A program made the position numbers and the translations under genes. Below, in pieces: positions 23,507-34,299 of a DNA stretch of 64,000 nt. The stretch spans positions 62,001 through 126,000 of the forward strand of contig QPGO01000051.1 in assembly GCA_008632985.1 (NCBI GenBank), read 5' to 3'. The notes under the pieces were generated by a model. That model ran no database searches. It saw only the letters and a list, made by a program, of their open reading frames with translations, and was not told the origin of the DNA. Numbering within the stretch: the stretch's first letter is position 1; the number at the start of each line of letters is the position of its first letter. This DNA comes from Psammoneis japonica. Taxonomy: Eukaryota.

Positions 23507-25294
23507 TCATTGGACTGACGACGATGCCTTCCGCTTCACACCTTCCGGAGTGAACCACACGAGTGAAAAACGTTGCCCGGAGAATGGCCTTGTCCAGTGT
23601 CGCATTCTCCACCCATCAAATTCAAGTGGTCGATAGCGAATGCCATGAGCTTCACCTTCCACCATGAGCTCACCACCAGAGTAATCGCCAATCCCGACAA
23701 TCATGGAAACGCTCTGACCCAGGCCGCGTCCCCTATCGACGTGAGGTGTGAACTCGGCGTTGCTGTTAATGGCACAATGAGATGAAGGAAGACGCGTCCT
23801 CGTACAAGCCATATCCGTCACGCCAGCGAGATCATTTTCTTGAATGAGCATTTTCTCGAGTTCAAAAACCGCGTGAGTCAGTTCAGGAAACAAGGAGTTA
23901 CCCCTAGGAACTTCGTCTTGCGAGAAATCATAGTTTGTTGTCGAGACTACGGTAAAGGAGCCGGCGCCTTGACTGGATTCTCCGTCAAGATTTCCAATAA
24001 TGCTTGACCGAGCAGCGGTCGTCGAAGGCCATTGCTTGGATTCAACGAGGTGTTGAAGGAGGCCGAGAATATCAACATATGTTTCGGGTACCGGAGAATG
24101 CACTTGCTGCGCTGCTTCATCTGTCTTAGGAATGGTTGCCGATTGCATCTGCGCGCGAATCCGAGGTGCGATGTCATCTCGTAGCTCAACCAGCCAAGCC
24201 TCTGTTGCCTCTTTCTCAATGTCGTTAAGAAGCTGCTCTTGCATCCACTCGATCGGATCGGCGTCGTTGCCTCGATAAACATCGTCCAGCTCCAACAGTT
24301 TCTCCCCAGAATGATACATTTCTACTCCATGAAACCGTGCTTCTGCACGATAGAGATACCCTGGTGGAGCAAGTGGGGTCTCCATGAGTGCCTTGCGATC
24401 CATGGAACGGGTCAGATATTCACGTGGAAGCCAACCGTGTACGACAGCCACAACCGCCCCAACGAGACGCCGTACTTGCTGTTGCAAAAATTGATCCGCA
24501 CAAAACTCTGCAACAACAAATAACTGATCGTCGTTTTCTACCAAGTCACCAAGTCTTGCACGATCCAAGGATCGCCATACCGGGTCGTAGTTTGGAATCA
24601 GTCTCAAGAGAGGATCGGCATAATTGTGAAATGGCTGTCGCTCTCGGAACGAGAGTTTGCCAAAGCGTTGGGAGACAGCTTCTGGCAAGGACCTACTTTC
24701 AATGGAGCGCAACAAATCCTTGACAATACATAGTGACTGTGGAGTTTCCGTTTTGTACTGCTTTTCATGCCATTCAATTACTTCTTCTGGATTCGGAAGC
24801 CACGCAACTGGCAAGAGAAAATGGTAAACGTGTTGGGTGCACATTTTCTCGGCGTGAATGATTTGATCAACAAGTCGTATCCCAAAAAGCGTAGCTCCAG
24901 TGTCTTGCAAGCTTTGTTGTGTGCTTTTGACTATGGATTGATTCATAGAGTAGTTACTGGGCGCATAAAAGCTGACAATCGAAACATCCTCGGCTGACGG
25001 ACAATCGTCTTCTTGCGCCAGACAGTTTGCCCGTAACTTTGCAACACTGACCTGGGTGCTACTTATGAATTCATCAAACGGCCACTGTATATCTTTTGGT
25101 TTCTCTCGATACCCAAAGTGAATCATGGCCCATTGGCGTTCCAAACGTACTTGATTGTTGGTGTGATTGGAACGAATGTGCCGAAACAACGCGTTGCGAG
25201 TCGCGAAGTTGGCTTTGCAAATGTTGCATTGCAACGAAGCAACCGCGACAATCAATAAAATGAAAAGTATAACAAAGAGATAATGATATGGCAT
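23507..25294 (-). CDS. Fusion protein: hydrophobic leader, C2H2 finger, TruA/Pus1-like pseudouridine-synthase fold, and C-terminal 2OG-Fe(II) dioxygenase-like domain
   Basis: CNICKANFATRNALFRHIRSNH. YHFLLP, FHNYA, DQFLQQQVRRLVG and LAPPGYLY resemble TruA. HVD...GDYSGGEL...FDG..RHWT...RFSLVWF gives an HxD..H..RxS pattern. Confidence 0.75.
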   Translation of the reverse strand: MPYHYLFVILFILLIVAVASLQCNICKANFATRNALFRHIRSNHTNNQVRLERQWAMIHFGYREKPKDIQWPFDEFISSTQVSVAKLRANCLAQEDDCPSAEDVSIVSFYAPSNYSMNQSIVKSTQQSLQDTGATLFGIRLVDQIIHAEKMCTQHVYHFLLPVAWLPNPEEVIEWHEKQYKTETPQSLCIVKDLLRSIESRSLPEAVSQRFGKLSFRERQPFHNYADPLLRLIPNYDPVWRSLDRARLGDLVENDDQLFVVAEFCADQFLQQQVRRLVGAVVAVVHGWLPREYLTRSMDRKALMETPLAPPGYLYRAEARFHGVEMYHSGEKLLELDDVYRGNDADPIEWMQEQLLNDIEKEATEAWLVELRDDIAPRIRAQMQSATIPKTDEAAQQVHSPVPETYVDILGLLQHLVESKQWPSTTAARSSIIGNLDGESSQGAGSFTVVSTTNYDFSQDEVPRGNSLFPELTHAVFELEKMLIQENDLAGVTDMACTRTRLPSSHCAINSNAEFTPHVDRGRGLGQSVSMIVGIGDYSGGELMVEGEAHGIRYRPLEFDGWRMRHWTRPFSGQRFSLVWFTPEGVKRKASSSVQ

Positions 25295-25746
25295 TGCTTA
25301 GAGTCGGGATTGGCGTGCCTTGACAGATGCGACGGAGACGGCATCGTATCTCTTCATCCCGTCATTGTCAGGCGATGCGACCGCGATGTCGATTGTCGAG
25401 CGATCGAAAGGCGCGATGATGCGCGAGCGCACGCGCGATCTCTTGAGTTTTCTAAGCGCACAATCGCCTAAACACGGTAAAGAAAGATTGCAATATATAA
25501 TCTATATATATTTTAATTTATTAGAAACTGAACCATCTTTATATGCCATAGTCATTGGCAATTTCCGTTAAAGTATTATGGATAAAAAGTATATTGCAAA
25601 TATTTAAGATTGAAGAAGTATATATCAAACCGAAATCGCTCGTTTTTTTTCACTTCGCGCCCCTGCGGCAACAACAAAAGCCGTTGTTCACGACGGCATT
25701 GCGAAGTCCACAAATCTTGTCCATCCCCGTAATTCACACAGAAACA

Positions 25747-26376
25747 ATGTGCAACGACATTGGATCAGCATCACAATGTTGCTTCTTTTATAGTATTGCG
25801 GGTATGATCTTTACTGTGAGTGCTGGTGATTGAAAACAAGAAGAAACTTGTAGTGGGCTTGTTGCCTACTGGTGTAGAGAATGTACTGCTGGCTACGTCG
25901 ATCACATGACAAACGGCCCGCCTGCCGAGACTTGACAATGCTGCTTCGTTGGACTTTCAAATGGCTCTTATTGTCACTTTGGATCATTTTGAATGACTCA
26001 TAGATGCACTTCTGTGGCTGTTGTTGCTTTGTATTGACAAACTCGTATCAATCGGCACTTTTCTCAGCTACTCCTGTGTTTGCTGCTAACATTCCGTTTT
26101 GCATACCGTTGTTTGTTTTGCTGTATGTAGGCCTGGGTGGGTATTTTGATCAAAACGCAACCATTCTTTATCAATGGCTTGGAGGACGTTGAAGAGGCCG
26201 GAACGAGCGCATTTGGAGCCATGTTTATGTTTATATGTACCCTGATTTTGTCGCTGGTTGGAAAGTTTTACGATGCGACTCGAAAGAAGGACGAGATTGA
26301 TGACGTTGATGCGTACCAGATGGAGGGATACCAACTCAACACTGGAGAGGTTCCAGCTTATGGAACTACAGGGTAG
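25747..26376 (+). CDS. Small two-TM protein, RNASEK/V-ATPase subunit f-like; intron 25816-26130
   Basis: The spliced product is MCNDIGSASQCCFFYSIAGMIFT|AWVGILIKTQPFFINGLED...SAFGAMFMF. A paralog at 33158-33995 has the same intron position. The family call is by resemblance only. Confidence 0.7.
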
Positions 26377-27584
26377 AGAGTGAATGATATACAGATGAGT
26401 GCTCTGTTCCTCTTGAAGGAGCGTGGATACTACTATTGCGCAGCGTGAGATTGATCCAGTAGTTCTTGAACGATTGGGAAATTATGGAGATATCAATGAT
26501 AATCCAAGGTATAATCAAATCCTTGTCTAGTCTCTCGATATTTGCTTTCTCCCTTGGGTTTCCCCACAGTATCTCGACGTCTCAACTCTTCAAGACATGT
26601 GACGCTCATTGAAAGTTGCGCACGGATATTGGTATGCATCGTCACAGACGCGAGTCATCAGGCTTTGTCTGCCATTCTAGGCCCTCCCGAGGGAGCAGTC
26701 AGACTCGTAGCCTCCATGTAAAGAGAGCGGCGACTTGCTAGAGGCTACAACACCGATTCAAGATTGGTGACGCCAACAAACAGAACCACAGAGCATCAAG
26801 ATTCAAGATATTCATTTACCAAGTAGCGTCGCCCACAAGAACGAAGCATCACATACAGGCGGTATAGCACAACTTCATCAAACGGGACCCATGCAAGTTT
26901 TTGAATTCGGTCGCAAAAGGAGATGCGTCGTTTCCTGTTACTCGACTTCCTCTACGGTAAAGACTCTGTTCTAGAGAGGAGAACTCCTCTACCAGTTTTG
27001 GAGGCAGCTAGAGAGAAAGAGAGAGAGCGCTCGCTAGCACTACACTCTAGGAGTAGTATTGTAGATTGGAGGGCTAGCGCGCTTCTGTTCAGAGTCAAGC
27101 AGGGATATTGTTGTGGCCTCGCTGTTCCTCCCCACTCGTAGCTAGAATAGAATCATGTTTGTATTCGTACTGCACGTTCCCAGAGCTACCATGAGAGCTG
27201 TACTGTACGGTGGATAGTTCCGATATACCTACCATCCAGTAGAGAAGTACAAACCGACAAACCGATAGAGTGAAGGGAACTTTTGCGGAAAAGTCGCAGG
27301 CTCAGACTAAAAGCAAACGGGTGGACCGAGCGACAAGTGCGTGGTAACCCATCAGCAACAACTATCGAGCGTGGACTAGAAATAGCAACTATGCGCTTGA
27401 ATCGATAACTACAAATTTGCCGCAGCGATTGAAATACAGCTAACTTGTTGTTACTTTGATAATAATACTAAATATAAGCTAACAATCACCGCAACAGCAA
27501 GGACGAGCTCGCGTGGAAATTTCTCTTGACACCAACTTGTCCCACAAGCAAGACAGCTTGGCATCAACTCTCATAGAATGCAAA

Positions 27585-28463
27585 TCAGTCTTTGTTCAAT
27601 GCCTTGATACAAGCTGTGGTAAACTTCTTGATAACTTGATGGTCAGGGAAGTTATACTTCGCTTCGGAAAGCACCGTCAAGGCCTTGCAAGCATTCGCCG
27701 CGTCAACAATCTTCTCCGTTTCCTTCTTGCTTGTCAAAAGTTGTCTGAGCAAATGGGAGCCAAGCCGTTGCATGTCCTCGTTGTTGACGAATCTCCTCAT
27801 GCTTTCAACAGCTAGTGGAATCAACCCAGCTTCAAACAATTCGACCTTAAAATCATCATCGTTGACTGCAAGATTTCCCAACACACCGCAAGCGCTGTCG
27901 TTGAATGCAAGATTTCCCAACACACCGCAAGCGCTGGAACAGCATTCACAGCGGTCAGCAAAGTTCTGCATGATCTTGACAATCGTGTCTGCCACCATTG
28001 GATGCTCACGAATAACCTTCTTGTGATTTTTATTATTGCAGGAAAGATTCATTAGAACGATAAGATTATCGTCAATGAACTCATGACGTTCCTTGTCTCC
28101 GACAGACTTCTCTACATTCTTCAGCATTACGATGTGTCCGCCTCCTTGGACAACTTTCAGACAATTTTCATTTGCGTAAGGGTTGCCATTGGGTTTGTCC
28201 TCATCCTCGTACGTTAAATCCTTTAGCTTGTAAGTAGCCTTTTCAACCGTTTCAGAGTCTTCGCTCCACAAATCATAACACACGAGCTGCTTAATCGAGC
28301 GCTCTTCTTCTTCTTCATCCGAGATTTCCTTGGATTTTTGCGCGTCGCCTCGACCTCCTTGTTCCTCAGCTTTGCGCTTACGATCGTTGGCACTCCTCAC
28401 TTCGTCGCGAGCGATGTCATCATTGTTGTTTGTGGCTGCTGCAGCGGTGGCTGAGGAGGACAT
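27585..28463 (-). CDS. Armadillo-like repeat protein (local family) with a 39 bp internal tandem duplication
   Basis: Intact ORF from the ATG at 28463. Contains SACGVLGNLAFND followed by SACGVLGNLAVND. Confidence 0.88.
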   Translation of the reverse strand: MSSSATAAAATNNNDDIARDEVRSANDRKRKAEEQGGRGDAQKSKEISDEEEEERSIKQLVCYDLWSEDSETVEKATYKLKDLTYEDEDKPNGNPYANENCLKVVQGGGHIVMLKNVEKSVGDKERHEFIDDNLIVLMNLSCNNKNHKKVIREHPMVADTIVKIMQNFADRCECCSSACGVLGNLAFNDSACGVLGNLAVNDDDFKVELFEAGLIPLAVESMRRFVNNEDMQRLGSHLLRQLLTSKKETEKIVDAANACKALTVLSEAKYNFPDHQVIKKFTTACIKALNKD

Positions 28464-29026
28464 GGTGTTCAAGGTTTTGTTGCAGAAGCCACCAATGCAA
28501 AAATGGTTTGCAGTTCTTGTGGGGAACCTTTGAGAGAATTTTGAGTGAAGACGAACGCGCTCGCCGGCTCATCGGCGCACTCAATTCAATCTCTCCTCCC
28601 TCGATCAGTCAGTTTTCAGTTTTGAGCAATCCCGACACGTCATAGCAAAAGCAGACCCATCTCTGGTCGGTGACAGTGCCTCCAAGATGCAAAAGACACG
28701 TTCATCGATGTGACGAAAAAAATTCCCGATTGATCGCGCACGTCTTTTCATCGCCACAATTTGCTCGCAAACCCGTCACTCTATTTGTGCTGCCTCTGCT
28801 ATGCCAAGCAGCCAATATCAAATAGGGCCCTATCTACTCTCTAGGCTAGAGACTCTCTATCTACTCTTAAAGAGCAGCGGCCCCCATTTCCAGGTAGAAG
28901 CAGGCCGCGTTGATAATGTTACCGGTATGTTGTGACATTGTAGTCGTCCGAGTCAATCTAGTCGACCGATTCGAAGCGTTGCACTTCTCACTTCATCAGC
29001 ACAAAAAGCAAAAAAGCGAAGGCACC

Positions 29027-30397
29027 ATGACGTGCGTTCTGCCATTGTTGCAGCGCTTGCTAGAACTGGCAATCATACTTATTACTGCATCAGATGTCGT
29101 GGCATTTCAGACATATTTATCGCTAGCTAGTCGAAAGATTGCCTGTTCTTCTTCTTCTTCTTGCCGCTCTCCTGCTCCTCTTTGTTCGGTCGCACAACAA
29201 CACGTGGATATCTCTGAGAATGCTCCCCGTGACATTTCCACTCTGGAGGAATGGGCGCATGCCTGTGGAGTTCAAAGAGCCGAGGGCTTTCAACTTACCA
29301 GTAGTCAAGAAGATGCAGGACTGGATGTCTTTGCCATGACTACGGAGGATGTGTATGCCGACACTTCTGTCCTATATGTACCTCATGAAATGATTCTTTC
29401 GAGTCAGAAAGCCGTGCAAGAGTTGGGTCGACAAGAAGAGGCGGAGCCTCTGATACTGAATTCGGAACTTCGACACTACTATCTCATGCTAAAGATTCTG
29501 TTGGAGTACGAGCGAGGCGTAGATAGTCCCTGGTTTCCCTGGTTGAATTCGTTGCCGCGGTACTTTGCCAATGGTTCGAGCATGACACCCTTTTGTTACA
29601 AATGTTTACCGCCCTTGGTGGCACTTTTGGCCATGAAGGAACGTGCCAATTTAAACAATTTACAATGCAAACGAGTCGCTTTTCTAGGTAATGATACCAA
29701 GGGCAATTCAGATCTTTGGAAATGGGCCTTTCAGATAGTGTATACACGAAGCTTTGAAGCCGACGACGGCTCTGGCGATCTGAGGATTGTCCCCATGGCG
29801 GATCTGTTGAATCACGGAACTGAAACAGAAGTTTCAATGGTTTATGATGAGGAAGGCAACTGTTATGTCCAAACGACACGAGATGTGCCGGCCGGGTCAC
29901 CTCTCCGAATGAGCTACGGAGATCCTACCAACCCTTCCTTTCTGCTTGCGAGGAATGGTTTTCTCGACGAATCATCCCCGGCAACCTTTTGCAAGTACAT
30001 GCCGTCGCATGTCAATGAGGAACTATCCAACTTGGGATGCGCTCCAAACCGCATGCTCTTTTACAAAGATACGGGGGATGCGTCAGAAGAAGTATGGGAT
30101 GTTCTCCTTTATCAAGTCCTCACCGACTCTAACGAGTTAGAGACACGGCAAGAATTTTACGAGGCACACATGAACGACGACTACGAAAGCAAGCAAGCTC
30201 TTCATGAACAATTTTATTCAGAAACTTCCGCCAAATTGTTAAATCACCTGGATACCTTTCTAAGCCAGCTGGACGAACTGTCCGATAAGGCTCATGGCAG
30301 AGATGTCCAAGAGCACCCTCGTCTCCCTCTCATTTTGCGTCATAACGAGTTTGTCCGCAACACTTTTTTGGCAGTGAGAGCCCGATACTTTGAGTAG
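29027..30397 (+). CDS. SET-domain protein lysine methyltransferase (Rubisco LSMT/SETD3-like), probably organelle-targeted
   Basis: Motifs SPWFPWLNSLP, WAFQIVYTRSF, VPMADLLNH and MSYGDPTNPSFLLARNGF. N-terminal signal ending VVAF. Confidence 0.9.
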   Translation: MTCVLPLLQRLLELAIILITASDVVAFQTYLSLASRKIACSSSSSCRSPAPLCSVAQQHVDISENAPRDISTLEEWAHACGVQRAEGFQLTSSQEDAGLDVFAMTTEDVYADTSVLYVPHEMILSSQKAVQELGRQEEAEPLILNSELRHYYLMLKILLEYERGVDSPWFPWLNSLPRYFANGSSMTPFCYKCLPPLVALLAMKERANLNNLQCKRVAFLGNDTKGNSDLWKWAFQIVYTRSFEADDGSGDLRIVPMADLLNHGTETEVSMVYDEEGNCYVQTTRDVPAGSPLRMSYGDPTNPSFLLARNGFLDESSPATFCKYMPSHVNEELSNLGCAPNRMLFYKDTGDASEEVWDVLLYQVLTDSNELETRQEFYEAHMNDDYESKQALHEQFYSETSAKLLNHLDTFLSQLDELSDKAHGRDVQEHPRLPLILRHNEFVRNTFLAVRARYFE

Positions 30398-30504
30398 GTC
30401 TAATGCAAGGGACAACATTTTCTTTGAAAGAGAAAGAGCCACTCTCTAGAAACGCGTGGTGGCAGAAAGAGAATAGTTGGCTAAGTGAAACTTAGAGGAC
30501 GGAC

Positions 30505-30894
30505 ATGGATCGGTTCCACCTTGCTCGGGTCGGAGCTCACTACAGAGACGTTGCATCTGTCTACCCTTGATATCGGTGGCGAAAAACTGATAGACTTGAT
30601 CTACGTATTTAACTTCTGAAGACCGAACCAGTTACGTCGTTGAAGCGGGAGCACGTCCTTTGGCTAATTGAAAGCTTGAAGGTTAAAACAAAATGGAGTT
30701 ACGCAGGCTGGTGGAACTCAAACCTCAACCGTGGTGATTTGCTGAGTGCCGTACAGAATAGACGGACTACGAATAAGATAATAATTGACGGCATGAACGC
30801 ATCAAGGGCTTTGCCCGTGCTAGCGGAGGCAAAGTGTAATTTTCCAGACAACGTCGCCATCAAGATTGATACCGTGCCAGGCATGACTGTTTGA
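30505..30894. pseudogene. Relic mosaic: duplicated 3' end of the 31026-31477 gene plus a 3' fragment of an ARM-family gene
   Basis: ggatcggttccaccttg...aaaaactgataga occurs at both 30507 and 31039. IIDGMNASRALPVLAEAKCNFPDN matches the ARM C-terminus. Confidence 0.8.
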
Positions 30895-31025
30895 AAGTTG
30901 ATTCAATCAGTTGAGATCGAACTGAAGAATCTCGTAGAGGCTAGGAAATCCAATGGTTTCGATCGGTTGAAACAGGAAGAAGGCCCTTGCGTAAATTCGA
31001 ATAGCTCGCTAAATGAAACTAAGAA

Positions 31026-31477
31026 TTAAGAGGGAGAAGGATCGGTTCCACCTTGTTCGGGGTCGGAACTCACCACACAGACGTCGTGTAGAAAGGCTTG
31101 GCATTCCAGTTTTCTACCCTCGACATCTGTAGCAAAAAACTGATAGATGCGGTATCTCTCGTTGACTCTTGGCGGTCCGTCAGCTACATCTTTTAACTTT
31201 TGATACATTGTATCCACCTGCTGACGCATGGATAGACAAGCGTGTACATACCGTCGACATCAGGTGCAGCATCAGAATCGTTCGCCGTTTGATGGAGTCC
31301 TAGCAAGAGATTGCCGTGTGACACAATAGTAATGTCGGGTTGTTCCAACCATTTCTTGAAATCCAGACGGTTGCAATAGAAATCAACCAGCCGAGGACGA
31401 TTCTGGGTCTTGAGAAAGACTAGGCCACCATACATTTGACCCACTGTTGTCGTCTCTGCCGCCTCAGAAGAGGACAT
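31026..31477 (-). CDS. Glyoxalase/VOC-fold protein (frameshift near 31228)
   Basis: LVDFYCNRLDF...VDTMYQKL...YQFFATDVEGRKLE pattern spans two adjoining ORFs. Confidence 0.75.
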
Positions 31478-31479
31478 GC

Positions 31480-32990
31480 TGTTGGATGTTGTGCGATGGA
31501 TTGTTGCGTCGCTTGCAGCAGGCAGGACGGACCAAAATGTGGCGCGTATTCATCGCACAGCAGCGGCGTCGCGTGCATGCACGGGTGTGCCTGTTCATGC
31601 TTTGACTCACGCTCACAAGTGCGGTCGCACACTGGAAGACATTGCAAAAGTCGGTTTTTATCCCATACATCAATGAAATGGCAACCAATTCTAACAAACG
31701 ACTTGAACATGAAGAAACACGACACTCTTAGTCCAAAAATGTCTCTCGTCCATCCAAAATGATTGGACTGGAGAAACCTGCTTTTGCTCACAACTGCCTC
31801 ACACAACAGAGAGATGACAAGCAACACTCCCGGGGAAAGAAAATCTCCTGCAATGGACATGTGTGTGATGGCTTGAGGGCAAATCTGATCAGTGGACTGC
31901 AGCATGTTCTGTGGCTAGAGAAAGTTCTGCAGGTGCTGGGGTTTCTTGGCGCATCATGTCCAACCTTGCCGCTGGCCAGAGCAAGAAGCAGCTTCATTTC
32001 TTCTCCATTTGTGCTGAACTTCTAGCACCTTGCACAGGATTGATCATGCTCAGATCACAGATGGGACTTTTGACTGTTGACTCCAAGGTCCAACAACATT
32101 GTTTGAGACCAGCCCCTTTTTTCAAATGGTGTGTTGCTCGCAAGAGCTGGTGCGCGCCGCCGGCTGCACGACCTCCTCACAGGAGACAGCAGGAGTGCCA
32201 TGGATCAAAACTGGAAAGTTGGGGCTCAAAAGGTGGCAGTGGCAAGGATGAAGCCAATGTCTCCAATGAGGAGGAGGACATTTCATCAGCTGCAAAACTT
32301 TGTGGTGGGGAGACCTGTGGACTGTGGAGCAGCCACCTCAGCAGCAATTGTTGACAATCAGAAGAAACAGTTTGATGAAGAATCCTTCACTTGGAAACAG
32401 AGACAAGAATGGTCTCCAGTGGGGCATGTCATTTTTAGGAAAACATCAAGAAGTTTCTTCATGCTGACTGTGGTGGTCATTGTTTCACACTGCACACTGC
32501 ACCTTGCCAGATGTCCATCCAAGCATGACTGACACTGTGGTCAGGGTCATCAAGCACTTTTCAGATAAAGTCAGTTGCTGCATGAGGGGGCAAATGGCTT
32601 TCTGGGGTTCCTTTTGTTTCAAATGATTCACCACAATTCTTGAATCAATGGCATTGGTGAAGTGTGCTTGGATTGAAGAACCCCCCGTTGGCCATCGAAT
32701 CTGTGCAAATTGACTTGCAGAAAGCACAGAGATCACAGAAATGCATGTGCAAGGTTTTTTGCTGCTGCTTGGCATGTGCTTTTGGACAGCAAGGTGAACA
32801 CAAAGAAGAACTTTAAAGCAGCTAAAGCTTGCAAAAGGTTCTGACGGTGGTGCAGGCTGCCTCTGTGGACAACTTTTTCCCGAGCATCTAGAGTTCACGA
32901 AAGTTTCCACTGAGTGCACAAGCTGTTGGCAACAACTGATTTGGTCACTGTCTGAAGCTCTCCGAATGTTTCAGAAGTTGAAGGAGAATG
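31480..32990. mobile_element. TpA-depleted domain with an unidentifiable repeat relic
   Basis: Very few TA, strong TG/CA excess and Cys/His-rich pseudo-ORFs. Confidence 0.45.
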
Positions 32991-33157
32991 TAAAAGATTT
33001 CACCCGTTCTGGTGGGATCACATCACGCTCCATTCCGTAGTAGCCAGAGTTGATCGCCCCATCCTTCACAGCATTAATTTTGAATCATCAAAAACATGCT
33101 ATGGTAGGAATGCTAATGTGAGTAAGAATATGATAGAGAGAATTCTATACTGTCGTT

Positions 33158-33995
33158 CTATGTGAATGCCGTCAACGGCACGTGTTCCTGATCTTGTTGT
33201 TGTTGCCCCCGATCTAATCGACTTGGGTCTACTTGATAGTCCTGCAAATCCAAGAATTGTGGTGCCTGTTGTTGCTGTGATGATGACACGTGACTGTAAG
33301 TACTGCTAGAGCCATCGTCCGTCAAGAGTTGACGATCTTGTCGTCGTTTGACTCGAGAATCATGGATTCGTAAGATTACTGAGGCAATAAAAGTAAAGAT
33401 AAAGAATCCCATGGCTCCAAAGGCGCTGTCTCTACATGCGTCAACGTCTTTTAATCCACCTACATAGAATGGTTGTTTTGCAATCATTATTCCTACCCAT
33501 GCCTAAATTTGTAAAGAGCGAGAAAAGCAGTGAGAAACGAGAAACATGTGCTAAGGGTGGGTTGCATGACTCCATCCTACTTGTAGGCATGCAAAAATAC
33601 CAACCCCGCAAAAGACTTCAAAGAGGGTGGTCGCAATAAACTCTCCAACTCAGGAACGAGCAATAACGCGTGTAATGGTCGGAAAAGGCCTCGAGAAGAA
33701 AACACGACTTGACTCAGTAGCTCCGAAAAATAATCGAACTCCGAGGTGAAACGATCTCTCTTGTTCTCTCTCGTTGTATCTATCGCCCGAATAAGAGCTT
33801 TTAATCAATACTTCTCTCTATCTCTCGTTGCGACAACACTTCGAATTGACTCTTATTCAAAAATGACGTACTCCGCACGTCATGGCGGAATGTTTTCTTG
33901 TGATAGAACAAAAATCAATCACTCACCATAAATATAGCTCCCACCACGGAATAGAATGTACAGCATTGCGCGATTGCCCCAAGATCAGTACACAT
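33158..33995 (-). CDS. Small two-TM protein, paralog of 25747-26376; intron 33926-33503
   Basis: MCTDLGAIAQCCTFYSVVGAIFM|AWVGIMIAKQPFYVGGLKD...SAFGAMGFF, with a GT-AG intron at the same codon as the paralog. Confidence 0.75.
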
Positions 33996-34299
33996 GTTTA
34001 TTCTCGCTCTGTTGTAATAACGTCGTAATTGACTCTGACAGTGTCTTTGTTGTGATGCAGCAGCGTAGTGATGATGATGACTGAACAGCAGCCTGCGTAG
34101 AATGACTACCACGACGCACGTAAATCGAACGGTCGAATTCAACGCGCGCAAGAAAAATGACCGCAAAGCACTGTTCCTACGTCTCCAAACAAATACAGCC
34201 AAAATCCCAACAGAGAAGAAACAAATCGTGTCAAGTAAAATGTCTTTGGTTCAATCGTTGGAGTGTAATACAAGTCGTTGGATGAATCTAAGGACATGG

